A DNA stretch of 64,000 bases from Candidatus Uhrbacteria bacterium (GTDB taxonomy: Bacteria > Patescibacteriota > Patescibacteriia > JACPHY01). The DNA lies in the NCBI GenBank assembly GCA_016188355.1, contig JACPHY010000003.1, forward strand, positions 8,170 to 72,169, given 5' to 3'. The position numbers and the translations under genes were made by a program. The notes under the pieces were generated by a model, which worked only from the letters and a program-made list of their open reading frames with translations, was not told where the DNA came from and did no database searches. Below are positions 9,927 through 19,024 of the stretch, piece by piece (position 1 is the first letter of the stretch; each line of letters opens with the position of its first letter).

Positions 9927-10329
9927 CCCACCTCTCCGACTCCGCAGCGCAGTGCCTCGCCATGCAACGTTCCGCGCCGCGACGCTGCGCTCCGCAATGC
10001 AACGGACTGGGATTCACCCTAGTCTCGTCGCCCCGTTCCGAAAACTGCCATCCTCCATGCCATGCGGCGCTCGGTACCGCGTGGCAATGCAGTGCGCCGC
10101 TCCGCAATGATTCGGGACCATCCCGTTGCTTCATCGCTCATGACGGATCGCCCGCGCGGTGCTACGCAGCGCGGTGCAATGCCCCGTGGCGCGTCGCGGT
10201 GCAATGCGCAGCTCATTATTGCAGCGGACCGGGTTACCCCCGGTCCTTTTCTTTTTCTCCAATCGCCACCCATGCTTGACGTCCACGGGATACCGTGGTG
10301 CACTAGGAACGCTGATTATCGAATCTTGT
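9927..10329. repeat. intergenic repeat tract of the same family (GCAATGCAACG-type 12-mers plus hairpins)
   Basis: 'gcagcgcagtgcctcgccatgcaacgttccgcgccgcgacgctgcgctccgcaatgcaacgg', 'gtggcaatgcagtgcgccgctccgcaatg' and 'ggtgctacgcagcgcggtgcaatgccccgtggcgcgtcgcggtgcaatgcgcagc'. Terminal hairpin 10225-10259: GGACCGGG-ttacc-CCCGGTCC + TTTTCTTTTTCTCC. Confidence 0.6.
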
Positions 10330-11634
10330 ATGCAAGTCACGACCACCACACTCCCCAAATCTTCGGTTGCACTCCAAATCGAGCTCACCGCAGAGGAACT
10401 CCAGCCATACCTCACGAAAGCTGCGGAGGCGCTCTCCCGCGAACATCAGGTGAAGGGATTTCGCCCTGGCAAATTGCCATACGCACTTGCGGTGCAGCGC
10501 TTCGGTGCAGAGGCGCTCCGCCACGAAGCCGCGGATCATGCAATCCGCGATGCGTACGTGCGCGCCGTACGCCAAGAAAAGCTGAAGACGGTCGGGCAGC
10601 CGCGCATCGAACTGGCGGAGCCCACTCCAAACGCATCGATTGCCTTTACGGCAACGGTAGCCATATTGCCCACCATGGAGCTTCCGGACTTCGCGTCCAT
10701 TGTCGTCGATCGCCGCGCCGTCCACATAGATGCGCAGGACGTCGACCGCGCACTGGAGGATCTCCGCAAGATACAACCCATTGAGGCGCTCGTGGATCGC
10801 GCAGCAACCGCTACGGATAAGGTGATCGTCGACATCGATCTCAAGAAAGATGCGGTCCCACTCGAAGGCGGGCAGGCCCGCGGACATCAGATCTATCTCA
10901 CGGAATCCTACTATCTCCCCCGAGTAAAGGAAGAGGTCGTGGGCATGACGAAGGGCGAAACGAAAACGTTCCCCCTCGCATTCCCGGCCGATCATTTTCA
11001 AAAACACCTCGCCGGACAAACCGTGGATTGCGCGGTGACCCTCCGCGACGTCTATGCGGTCGAGCTCCCCCCGCTCGATGATGCCCTCGCGCAGCGACTC
11101 GGCCAGCCAACCATCGCCGATCTCCGTACGCGCATCGAGCACAACCTCCGGGAAGAAGCGACCCATAAAGCAAACGATGCGGAAGAGATTGCCATGCTCG
11201 ATGCCATTGTGGCGAAGGCGAAGATTGGCGATCTCCCGGAAATCCTCATTACGGGCGAAGCGCATCGCATGGTGGATGAACTCGCCTCGAGCATCGCCGA
11301 ACGCGGACTCGAATTTGCGACATACCTCGCGAAGATCCAAAAAACGCGCGACCAACTGCTCATTGATTTTGTGCCCGAAGCCATCCGTCGCGTGAAGGTG
11401 GCACTCGTCACCCGCGCCGTTGCGGAACAGACGACCCTCACCGTTGCCGATGCGGAGGTAGAAGCAGCAATTCAGCAGCAGCTCGAACGGTACGCCGAAA
11501 CCCCCGAGTTCCATCAACGCCTGCAGTCCGAAGAAGCACGCGACTACGTTCGCATGACGCTCCGCAATCGCAAGGTCATCGCCCACCTCCGCGGACTCGT
11601 CCAGTGGAAAGACGCGAAACCTGCCGCAGCGTAA
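10330..11634 (+). CDS. tig: trigger factor (ribosome-associated chaperone/PPIase)
   Basis: 'HQVKGFRPGKLP' trigger-factor signature and the N-terminal ribosome-binding 'ELTAEELQPYL' region. Start set at ATG 10330 ('MQVTTTTLPKSS'). The upstream in-frame extension of the track ORF lies in the repeat tract. Confidence 0.9.
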   Translation: MQVTTTTLPKSSVALQIELTAEELQPYLTKAAEALSREHQVKGFRPGKLPYALAVQRFGAEALRHEAADHAIRDAYVRAVRQEKLKTVGQPRIELAEPTPNASIAFTATVAILPTMELPDFASIVVDRRAVHIDAQDVDRALEDLRKIQPIEALVDRAATATDKVIVDIDLKKDAVPLEGGQARGHQIYLTESYYLPRVKEEVVGMTKGETKTFPLAFPADHFQKHLAGQTVDCAVTLRDVYAVELPPLDDALAQRLGQPTIADLRTRIEHNLREEATHKANDAEEIAMLDAIVAKAKIGDLPEILITGEAHRMVDELASSIAERGLEFATYLAKIQKTRDQLLIDFVPEAIRRVKVALVTRAVAEQTTLTVADAEVEAAIQQQLERYAETPEFHQRLQSEEARDYVRMTLRNRKVIAHLRGLVQWKDAKPAAA

Positions 11635-11811
11635 ACCGCATTCCCCATTCCGCAGCCACATCCGCATCCCACACCACGGGGTGCGGATTTGGCTGCACGA
11701 CGGCCGCGTCCCGAGCACCAATCCAGCCTTGACGCCCCGATCGACGTTTGGTACTGTTGCCCCGCACCTGATGTGCGGGTTCCTTCCCTGTAGTCCATAA
11801 GGAGATTTCGC

Positions 11812-13098
11812 ATGCACCCATCGCGGATCATCCAGCGCACTGCGCTGCTGATCGTCCTGGCCATGATGCTCCCCGTCTCTGCGCTCGCTGCTCCGTGGCA
11901 TGTCGTGATCACCCGCATGACGGAGGAACGCTCCCTCTGGCTCCTCCCCTGCGCGTTCGTGGCGGGCATGGTGAGCGTGGCCACGCCGTGTGTCCTCCCC
12001 ATGCTCCCCATCACGCTCGGCACGCTCGGCGTACGATCGGACACCACGCGACGCATCACCCTGCTCCGCACGCTCGCGTACATCGGCGGCATCCTCGTCA
12101 CGTTCATGGGACTCGGCATGCTCGCGGGCATTGCCGGTAACGCCGTGAGTACCATCTTCACGTATACCTCCGTGCACCTCGTCCTGGCTGCCGTCTTCCT
12201 GATCTTGGCACTGAGTACGTTTGGCGTGTACACGCTCCAGCTGCCGTCCGCGCTCCAGACGCGATGGAGCCGTATCGGCGGCGCGAGCATCTTCGGCGCA
12301 TTTGCCGCCGGAACCGTCGGCGGCCTCCTCGCACTCCCCTGCACCGGTCCGGTCCTCGCCGGCATCCTCGGCGTGATCGGTTCTGCGGGATCCGCGATGT
12401 ACGGCGCGCTCATCCTCGGCTGCTACGCGCTCGGATTCGGCATGCCGTTCCTCGCGCTCGGCATCGGACTCATCCGTATGCCCAAGACGCGCACATGGAC
12501 GCAGCGCACGGAGTACGGCATCGGCGCGCTGCTGCTCATCGGTGCATTCTGGATGCTCCGAAATGCGTTTCCGGATATCGCGACGCCGTTCGCGCACCCG
12601 GCAGCCTTCCTCCCTGCGCTTGGTCTCATTGCCATCGGCAGTGCCACGCTCATCTGGACCGCATCGCTCTCGACATTCGCCGTCGTGCGTGGCGTGGGGG
12701 GCATCACGCTCGGGGGCGTCCTCGTCATGAGTGGACTTGCGGCTCCCACCAACACCGATTGGTGCGAGGAGGGCCGTGATGGTGCGTGCCTTGCGACCGC
12801 GTGCGCCGCCCATCCCATCACCGTGGTGGACGCGCATGCGCCATGGTGCACCTCCTGCCGCACCCTCGAACGCGAGACGCTCGCCGCCCCATCGGTCCAA
12901 CAGGCGATCGGCATCTACGGCCGCGTGCGCATCGATGTGGACGCGCATCCGCAGCACTTCGATCGATTCGCGCCACGCGGATTGCCGGCGATCACCTTCC
13001 TCGATCGCACCTGCACGCCAGTCCACGGCGTCACCGGTCTCATTCCCCCAGCGCAGCTCCTCGATCACCTTCGCCGAGCGGAAATACTCGTGCAATGA
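11812..13098 (+). CDS. thiol:disulfide interchange protein, DsbD/CcdA transmembrane domain fused to C-terminal thioredoxin-like domain
   Basis: 428 aa. Signal peptide, multiple TM helices with paired cysteines ('VATPCVLPMLP', 'ALPCTGPVLAG'), and a C-terminal 'WCTSC' CxxC thioredoxin motif. RBS AAGGAG. Confidence 0.8.
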   Translation: MHPSRIIQRTALLIVLAMMLPVSALAAPWHVVITRMTEERSLWLLPCAFVAGMVSVATPCVLPMLPITLGTLGVRSDTTRRITLLRTLAYIGGILVTFMGLGMLAGIAGNAVSTIFTYTSVHLVLAAVFLILALSTFGVYTLQLPSALQTRWSRIGGASIFGAFAAGTVGGLLALPCTGPVLAGILGVIGSAGSAMYGALILGCYALGFGMPFLALGIGLIRMPKTRTWTQRTEYGIGALLLIGAFWMLRNAFPDIATPFAHPAAFLPALGLIAIGSATLIWTASLSTFAVVRGVGGITLGGVLVMSGLAAPTNTDWCEEGRDGACLATACAAHPITVVDAHAPWCTSCRTLERETLAAPSVQQAIGIYGRVRIDVDAHPQHFDRFAPRGLPAITFLDRTCTPVHGVTGLIPPAQLLDHLRRAEILVQ

Positions 13099-13110
13099 TG
13101 GGAGCATGGT

Positions 13111-13434
13111 ATGCGCATCTACGCGATTCTCCTCACCCCTGACGCCATGACGGGTTTCCGCCAATTCGCGGAAACCGATGGCCACGAACTCGTGCCGTTG
13201 GACGATTGCACCGCATTGCCCTCCGAACTGGCCACAACGGATTGCATCGCCATTCCGATTAGTCTCTTCGTGCCCCTCACCCGCGCGCTCCGATCGCGCC
13301 AGGTACCGACGGAGCTCAATGTCATGGCCGTACTCCCCATGGGCACGGTCGCTAGCAACCGCACGACGGCCGCAGACGGCCTGAGCGTGGTCTACATATC
13401 CGAAGATGATCTTATCCGCCTCCCCTCGCCATAA
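13111..13434 (+). CDS. hypothetical protein (107 aa)
   Basis: Starts 13 nt after the dsbD-like stop, with GGGAG 8 nt upstream. No recognisable motif. Confidence 0.3.
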   Translation: MRIYAILLTPDAMTGFRQFAETDGHELVPLDDCTALPSELATTDCIAIPISLFVPLTRALRSRQVPTELNVMAVLPMGTVASNRTTAADGLSVVYISEDDLIRLPSP

Positions 13435-13455
13435 CGTGGGGAGGTTTTCGTTGTT

Positions 13456-14352
13456 ATGTCCCATTCCCCAGAACGCACGCAGGAATCCGCAGCGGAGGCA
13501 TCACCATCGCGCGCGAAAGAAACCATCTTTACTGCGGAGCGCGCGGAACACGATGTCTCCTGGGATGAATCGCCGGAAGCGGTGTTCCGCGATGCGCTCG
13601 CGCTCCTGGCGCCCGAACTCACCCCCGCGCAAACCGATGCGCTGACGCAGGAGCTCTCGCACGAATCTCCGACGCTCGATGCGATCCGCGCGATTGTCCA
13701 CGACGCTGCGCTCGCGCGTCGGATCGGAAAATGCAGCGATCAGTACCTGGGACGGCCGGTGCTGGTACATGGCATCTGGGAACAGCTGCGGTATGGGGCC
13801 ACCACATCCGGCATGACGGACACCGGACTCGGCCTCCGGCGCGCGCTCGCATGGCAGAGCGCGAACACCCACCGCACCGATCTCCGGGTGACGTATCCCG
13901 CATCCGGAGCGGATGCGACCGGATTCCTCGATCACCTCACGGGTGCACCGATTGCCCACCTCGACTGCGTCACCGCTGGCGGTCCTCAAGGCGCCGATCG
14001 CAAAGCAGCATCCCAAGACATTGATACGACGCTCGTCAAAAGCACGATCCAGCAAGCACTCGAGCAGCAACGCATCGCTCCCGCGGATTGCGTGGTCCTC
14101 GACAGCTCCGGATTCGGCGTGCTCATGGATCTCGCCGATCCCACGGTGCTCGCGGGGGCGCTCGATCGTCTCGTGGTGCCGGGTGGTATCCTCGTCACCA
14201 CTTCGGGGTATCTGGGTGCGGGAAGGGAATCCGTTAAACACGTACTCACGCAACTTCCGCCGGAACGCTACCGATACGTGGGACACCAGGGCGGTAACGT
14301 CTTCATCGTGGAACGCACGCGCACTACATCGGATGCGACCACATCCACCTGA
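13456..14352 (+). CDS. hypothetical protein (298 aa)
   Basis: RBS 'GGGGAGG' upstream, non-repetitive composition, fits between neighbours. Family not recognised. Confidence 0.5.
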   Translation: MSHSPERTQESAAEASPSRAKETIFTAERAEHDVSWDESPEAVFRDALALLAPELTPAQTDALTQELSHESPTLDAIRAIVHDAALARRIGKCSDQYLGRPVLVHGIWEQLRYGATTSGMTDTGLGLRRALAWQSANTHRTDLRVTYPASGADATGFLDHLTGAPIAHLDCVTAGGPQGADRKAASQDIDTTLVKSTIQQALEQQRIAPADCVVLDSSGFGVLMDLADPTVLAGALDRLVVPGGILVTTSGYLGAGRESVKHVLTQLPPERYRYVGHQGGNVFIVERTRTTSDATTST

Positions 14353-14357
14353 TCGCT

Positions 14358-15206
14358 ATGCCCATCGGCGCGCACGTATCCATTGCGGGGGGAATAGTTC
14401 ATGCGCCCGCGAACGCGGCAGCGCAAGGATGTGAGTGCTTCCAGATGTTCACCCGATCCCCTCAAGGCGGCGCGGCACCTCCGCTCACCGAGACGGTTGT
14501 GGCCGCATTCCGCGCCGCATGCGATGCACACCAGCAATCGCTCTGGGTCGTGCACACGCCGTACTACATCAATCTCGCCTCCGCGGAAGAACGCATTCGG
14601 AGCTCCTCCACGCGAGTCATCCGCGAAGAACTCGAACGCGCGTCGTGCATCGGTGCACAGTACGTCATGGCGCATCTCGGTTCTGCACGTGACGTGGGCG
14701 AGGCAGCGGGACGTGCACTCGTGGTGGCTGGACTCACGAAGGCGCTCGATGGATACACCGGATCCGCCACCTTCTGCATCGAAATTGCTGCTGGTGCGGG
14801 AGCAGTCATGGGCGATACGTTTGAAGAAATCGCAGAGCTCATTGCGGGCGTGGAACGAAACATCCATCGCAACGGCATGATCGGCGTCTGTTTCGATACG
14901 CAGCATGCCTTCGGTGCAGGATATGATATCCGTACGGTGGATGCCGTTGCAGCGACCGTCGCGGCACTGGACGCCACCATCGGTCGCGAGCGCCTCCGTA
15001 TGTCCCACATCAACGACTCCAAGGTGGAACTCGGTGCACAGAAAGATCGCCACGAGCATATTGGGAAAGGGCACATTGGTATCGACGGCATTCGCGCCGT
15101 CGTGCAGCACCCCGCATTCCGCGGCCTCCCCCTCATCCTCGAAACCGAAGACGAGGGACGCGAAGCGGATGTGCAACTCCTCAAATCATTCCGCAATCAC
15201 CCGTAA
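14358..15206 (+). CDS. nfo: endonuclease IV (AP endonuclease, xylose-isomerase-like TIM barrel)
   Basis: 'VHTPYYINLAS', 'CFDTQHAFGAGYD' and 'HINDSK...KDRHEHIGKGHIG' match Nfo metal-binding motifs. Confidence 0.9.
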   Translation: MPIGAHVSIAGGIVHAPANAAAQGCECFQMFTRSPQGGAAPPLTETVVAAFRAACDAHQQSLWVVHTPYYINLASAEERIRSSSTRVIREELERASCIGAQYVMAHLGSARDVGEAAGRALVVAGLTKALDGYTGSATFCIEIAAGAGAVMGDTFEEIAELIAGVERNIHRNGMIGVCFDTQHAFGAGYDIRTVDAVAATVAALDATIGRERLRMSHINDSKVELGAQKDRHEHIGKGHIGIDGIRAVVQHPAFRGLPLILETEDEGREADVQLLKSFRNHP

Positions 15207-15217
15207 CCATATTTGCT

Positions 15218-15472
15218 ATGGGCCTCGAATACGAACTCCGCCATTTTCTGGAACGCATCATCGAAAAACTCGACAACGGAATCGAGCGCCATCGCGCACA
15301 CCGAGATGCGCTCGAGGTACTCACCCGACGCAGCGAGCACGAGAAAGAACGCGTAGACGCAGCAATCTATCGCCTCGACCAACTCCTCGAACGTGTGGAC
15401 ACGCTCACGCACACCATTAATCGCATCGAGGAACGCACGAAACACATCGATCACCAGGTCACGAAGTCGTAG
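15218..15472 (+). CDS. small coiled-coil protein (84 aa), member of a 3-gene paralog family in this window
   Basis: Heptad-rich 'MGLEYELRHFLERIIEKLDN...' resembles the N-termini of ORFs 15520..15864 and 38911..39270(-). Confidence 0.45.
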   Translation: MGLEYELRHFLERIIEKLDNGIERHRAHRDALEVLTRRSEHEKERVDAAIYRLDQLLERVDTLTHTINRIEERTKHIDHQVTKS

Positions 15473-15519
15473 TCGGCACGCTTGACGCGTCCGCGCAGCC
15501 ACGGGATACTGGCCACACT

Positions 15520-15864
15520 ATGGCGCTGGATCCTGAACTCAAAATGGTCTTCGAGCATCTCGACCAGAAAATTGATGTTCTCGTTGAGGCGCGTCAGGCT
15601 GATCGCGAAAAGCTCGACGCCACATTCGACGCAGTGGGCGTACTCCAGGAAGACATGGTGGAGGTGAAGGGAAAGGTCGACGTCTTGCAAAAAGACATGA
15701 CCGAGGTGAAAGGAAAGGTGGGCGTCCTGGAAGAGAACGTCGTCGAGATCAAAGCGCAGCTCGACCTCATCCGCGGCGACCTCAAGGCCAAAGCGGACCG
15801 CACCGAGCTCCATCTCCTCGAGGAGCGCGTCACGAGACTCGAACGACGCATGGCTGCTGCATGA
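15520..15864 (+). CDS. small coiled-coil protein (114 aa), paralog family
   Basis: 'MALDPELKMVFEHLDQKIDVLVEARQ...' with internal repeats 'VEVKGKVDVLQKDMTEVKGKVGVLEENVVEIK'. Confidence 0.5.
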   Translation: MALDPELKMVFEHLDQKIDVLVEARQADREKLDATFDAVGVLQEDMVEVKGKVDVLQKDMTEVKGKVGVLEENVVEIKAQLDLIRGDLKAKADRTELHLLEERVTRLERRMAAA

Positions 15865-15948
15865 GGAGCCGCACCCGTCGAACGCCCTGGGCGCCCAGGG
15901 CGTTCGACGTTTCCCCGCCAGCCAGTACAATCAAAACAACCAAGCTCT

Positions 15949-16875
15949 ATGTCGGATCCACGAAATGTCATCATCATCGGCGGCGGACCTGCCGGGCTTA
16001 CGGCAGCAATCTACGCGTCGCGGGCCCAACTGCAACCGCTCGTCATTGCGGGCACGATTCCCGGCGGCCAGCTCATGCTGACGTCGCATGTCGAAAACTT
16101 TCCCGGATTTGACGAACCCATCCTCGGTCCAGAACTCATGGAGCGCTGGCGGAAACAGGCGATGCGCTATGGCGCCGAATTCCTCGATGAGGATGCCACC
16201 GCGATCTCCGCAACGGAACGCCCATTCACGGTGACCGCTGCCGGTACCCCATACGCTGCGCGCGCTATTATTGTGGCGACGGGAGCATCTGCAAAGTGGC
16301 TCGGGCTTCCCAATGAACAAAAATTCATGGGGAAGGGCGTGCACACTTGCGCCCAATGCGATGGATTTGCGTACAAAAATAAGGAAGTGGTTGTCGTGGG
16401 CGGCGGTGACACCGCGATGGAAGAAACGTTGACGCTCGCAAAAATCGCATCGCACATCACCATCCTCCATCGCCGCGGCGAATTCCGAGCATCGAAAATC
16501 ATGGCCGATCGCGTACTCCAGCATCCGAACATTCGGGTGCTCTGGAACACGGTGGTCGAGGATGTACTCGGCGATACGCGCGTGACGGGCGTTCGTGCTC
16601 GGAACACGGAAACTCACGAGTCCATCGAACTCACGACGAGCGCGCTCTTCGTGGCCATCGGATACGCACCAAACACGGGCTTCCTCCGCGACCAGCTCGC
16701 CCTCCGTCCGAATGGCTACCTCGAAGTGCAGCAGCACACCCGCACCTCCGTGGAAGGCATCTTTGCTGCCGGTGATGTGGAGGACGCGCACTACCGTCAG
16801 GCCGTCACCGCCGCTGCGGGCGGCTGCATGGCAGCGATCGATGCGGAGCGGTGGTTGGCCACACAAGAAAACTGA
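15949..16875 (+). CDS. trxB: thioredoxin-disulfide reductase
   Basis: FAD-binding 'VIIIGGGPAGLTAAIYASRA', redox-active 'CAQCDG', NADPH-binding 'VVVVGGGDTAMEE'. 308 aa. Confidence 0.9.
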   Translation: MSDPRNVIIIGGGPAGLTAAIYASRAQLQPLVIAGTIPGGQLMLTSHVENFPGFDEPILGPELMERWRKQAMRYGAEFLDEDATAISATERPFTVTAAGTPYAARAIIVATGASAKWLGLPNEQKFMGKGVHTCAQCDGFAYKNKEVVVVGGGDTAMEETLTLAKIASHITILHRRGEFRASKIMADRVLQHPNIRVLWNTVVEDVLGDTRVTGVRARNTETHESIELTTSALFVAIGYAPNTGFLRDQLALRPNGYLEVQQHTRTSVEGIFAAGDVEDAHYRQAVTAAAGGCMAAIDAERWLATQEN

Positions 16876-16885
16876 TACGCAACAT

Positions 16886-17047
16886 ATGCGCCTTCTCTTC
16901 TCGCTCGTGCTGGTGAGCGGTCTTTGGTTGCTTATCTCGCCGTTTGTGTTGAGCTATCTCGGCGTGGGGCGCGCGAATGCGCTCCTCGTGGGGCTGATCG
17001 TGACTATCCTGGGAGTCATGGGGGTGGCTGGAACCACTGGGAAATAG
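16886..17047 (+). CDS. small hydrophobic membrane protein (53 aa)
   Basis: 'MRLLFSLVLVSGLWLLISPFVLSYLGVGRANALLVGLIVTILGVMGVAGTTGK', two predicted TM helices, immediately after trxB. No RBS check possible beyond the gap. Confidence 0.3.
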   Translation: MRLLFSLVLVSGLWLLISPFVLSYLGVGRANALLVGLIVTILGVMGVAGTTGK

Positions 17048-17149
17048 AGGATTGGGGCTCCTCCATCGGATGGACGTTCAGCCAGTTCTTGATCCGTGAC
17101 AATCACGCATCTCGGAAAATACTTGCCGACTGGCAGTAATTTTGGACAC

Positions 17150-17177
17150 AAAGATTAGCTCCACTGAGCTAATCTTT
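17150..17177. promoter_or_regulatory. perfect 12-bp palindrome AAAGATTAGCTC-cact-GAGCTAATCTTT in an AT-rich spacer (operator- or terminator-like)
   Basis: Seen directly in the sequence. Followed by 'gtttgc'. Lies at the left boundary of the small-ORF island. Confidence 0.5.
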
Positions 17178-17188
17178 GTTTGCATGTC

Positions 17189-17226
17189 TTGACAGAAATG
17201 ACAATCAATGCTAGTCTATAAATATA
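17189..17226 (+). promoter_or_regulatory. AT-rich promoter-like region (TTGACA ... TAGTCT/TATAAAT)
   Basis: 'cTTGACAgaaatgacaatcaatgcTAGTCTATAAATatac'. A -35 consensus with either a 17-nt spacer to weak TAGTCT or a 22-nt spacer to TATAAAT. Only strongly AT-rich block in the vicinity. Confidence 0.35.
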
Positions 17227-17392
17227 CCCTGTTTCAGGATTACTACTTCCCAATCGCAATCTCGTCAGACACAGCGCAACGGCCATCCTTCATTCGAGGT
17301 ATCGAAAATGGATGTCGACGCGCTGACACGAGAGAGGCTCGCGCGGGCCTGTAATGAATCCTGAACACCCGCCATTCCGTTCACCAACGGAC

Positions 17393-17433
17393 CCGAGCTC
17401 TCTCCTTTCTGGAGGGGGCTCGGTTTGTTTGTG
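17393..17433 (+). terminator. strong rho-independent terminator (13-bp stem CCGAGCTCTCTCC/GGAGGGGGCTCGG, loop tttct, tail TTTGTTTGTG)
   Basis: Hand-folded: all 13 positions pair (two G-U). The U-rich tail follows immediately. Confidence 0.6.
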
Positions 17434-17510
17434 CCTTCCACTCGAGCGACGGAGTCCCCAGTGGATTCCGGTGCTCAAGTGGGGGTCACACGCGCAGTCG
17501 AGTGAGCACC
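17434..17510 (+). repeat. family-A element, copy 0 (divergent)
   Basis: 'tCCACtCGAGCGAcGGAGtCCCcAGTGGaTTCCgGTGCTCAaGtGGG' aligns at about 80% to the consensus of copies 1-3. Followed 30-40 nt later by GGAGGG + ATG of the next ORF. Confidence 0.5.
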
Positions 17511-17540
17511 CTGTCACCGGAAGGCATGGAGGGAAACGAG

Positions 17541-17969
17541 ATGCCGCAGCGATCGAAGCAGTACAACGGAAACGGGCTCGCGGCGAGCCTGCAGCACGAT
17601 CTCATCACGAGAAAGAGCAGGATGGGGGAAATCCCGGACGAGGCATGGGCCGACAAGGGACCGGAGGGGCAGGGCGACTTCGATCCTGATCTCACCGTCA
17701 CGCCGGACCCGACGATCGAAGAGGACCTGCTCGACCAGGCGCCCGAGAACTGGTTCCAGCATCAGCGAAGGATGCGCCTGCTCGGCGAGGACAGCATCGA
17801 TCCGGACTCGATCCCGGACATGAGTCTCAACCCCGAGACGATCCTCATCGCGTGTGAGGAGGAGACCGAGGAGAGCACCGCGCTCGCCGCCGAGGCCACG
17901 ACGGCCTGGCGCGCCACGAAGGAGCGCAGCAGGCGCACGGTCCGCTTCCCCACCAGCGCCGTGGCCTGA
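17541..17969 (+). CDS. hypothetical acidic protein (142 aa), island ORF
   Basis: ORF 17502..17969 with start moved to the ATG at 17541 (GGAGGG 9 nt upstream). Asp/Glu-rich; no motif recognised. Confidence 0.45.
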   Translation: MPQRSKQYNGNGLAASLQHDLITRKSRMGEIPDEAWADKGPEGQGDFDPDLTVTPDPTIEEDLLDQAPENWFQHQRRMRLLGEDSIDPDSIPDMSLNPETILIACEEETEESTALAAEATTAWRATKERSRRTVRFPTSAVA

Positions 17970-18059
17970 GCCACTCGCACCCACCAGCAAGCAAGCACAT
18001 TCATCACAGACGCGTTTGCGACGTGACCTCTGACTCACTCTGCGAAGCACTTCGCAGAG

Positions 18060-18120
18060 GAGGAGTCGGAGGCCCACCCGAGCGATGGAGGCCCAAGTGG
18101 CTTCCAGTGCTCAGGCGGGT
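18060..18120 (+). repeat. family-A element, copy 1
   Basis: 'ggaggcCCACCCGAGCGATGGAGGCCCAAGTGGCTTCCAGTGCTCAGGCGGG'. Internal hairpin GGAGGCC-caagt-GGCUUCC (one G-U). Confidence 0.6.
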
Positions 18121-18152
18121 CACGCAACTTCACTCGAAAAGGAGACCGAGAA

Positions 18153-18455
18153 ATGGCAATGCATGTGATCACCGCACAGGAGAGCAGGATGGAGCCCATC
18201 GTGATCGACGGCGAGACTGTCGTCACCCTGCACCCGGCAAAGGACCGATTTGAGGCGGCGAAGATCGCGCATCAGCGCATTCGGCCGCACAACGGGCAGC
18301 ACTTCAGCTACACCGTGTTTCCGGGCGAGGGCCGCGACCCCGCCCGCAACCTCAGCCGGGAGTACGCGGGACGGGTGACGCACTGCATCATCTCGATGCC
18401 GGAGGCGATCCAGCTCTCCCCCGGCGACCAGGTCGCCCTGGTCCTGTACCCGTAA
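18153..18455 (+). CDS. hypothetical protein (100 aa), island ORF
   Basis: AAGGAG RBS 8 nt upstream of the ATG; 33 nt after family-A copy 1. No motif recognised. Confidence 0.5.
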   Translation: MAMHVITAQESRMEPIVIDGETVVTLHPAKDRFEAAKIAHQRIRPHNGQHFSYTVFPGEGRDPARNLSREYAGRVTHCIISMPEAIQLSPGDQVALVLYP

Positions 18456-18458
18456 CTG

Positions 18459-18528
18459 GTCCCCGACTCCGGTCGGGGCCCCACCCGAGCGATGGAGGCC
18501 CAAGTGGCCTCCAGTGCTCAGGCGGGGA
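18459..18528 (+). repeat. family-A element, copy 2
   Basis: 'ggtCCCCGACtccGGTCGGGGcCCCACCCGAGCGATGGAGGCCCAAGTGGCCTCCAGTGCTCAGGCGGGG'. A 5' hairpin CCCCGAC/GTCGGGG plus a perfect GGAGGCC-caagt-GGCCTCC hairpin. Confidence 0.6.
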
Positions 18529-18917
18529 TGGCCCAAGCACCCCGAACACGGCTACCGCCCACGCGAACCAGAGAGGAGGGTCCGTGCGACTGCGATACCC
18601 TTCTGGGTTTCTCTAACGAATCGGGGCTGAACCCATGCGGTTCAGTACCCAGTCACCCCACCCCCGCCAGAAGAGAGGAGGAGGGTCCGTGCGATCTCAG
18701 TACCCCAGCGGCGAAACGTAAGGCCGCTAAGGACAATCCTCGCTCAGGGAACAACGCTTGCCGCGATCACCAACGGCGAATCCCGACGCGGCCCGTTTCC
18801 TGAGCGCGATCTCCCGCCCCACGCCCCGCCCCATTTCCCCGACGTCATCCCACCGGCACCACGCCGCACACAGGATGATCCCGTCCCTTACGACACACAG
18901 ACGCGCTAGCGACAGCG

Positions 18918-18983
18918 CCCCCGACATCGGTCGGGGGTCCACCCGAGCGCCGGAGGCCCAAGTGGCATCCGGTGCTCAGGCGG
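18918..18983 (+). repeat. family-A element, copy 3
   Basis: 'CCCCCGACatcGGTCGGGGGTCCACCCGAGCGCCGGAGGCCCAAGTGGCATCCGGTGCTCAGGCGG'. The 5' hairpin is conserved through different bases than copy 2. Confidence 0.6.
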
Positions 18984-19024
18984 ATATTTCCTGGATGCAC
19001 CTTATTGAAGAAAGGAGGCCCGCA

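Noticed and set aside
10303-13464. 1053-aa minus-strand ORF spanning tig and the DsbD-like gene
   Set aside because: Extremely Arg/Gly/Glu-rich, low-complexity translation (RRERR..., GDAV...) typical of antisense reading of high-GC genes. The plus-strand genes have clear family motifs and RBSs.
18060-18120. Fluoride (crcB-motif) riboswitch, because of GCGAUGGAGGCC
   Set aside because: Lacks the other conserved crcB-motif blocks (AACCGCC, UGAUGA..CCUAC pseudoknot partner). Resemblance limited to 8 nt.
18492-18803. 103-aa ORF starting inside family-A copy 2
   Set aside because: Starts within the conserved non-coding repeat. Translation is low-complexity and internally repetitive (EEGPCD twice) because of a DNA repeat. 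No RBS.
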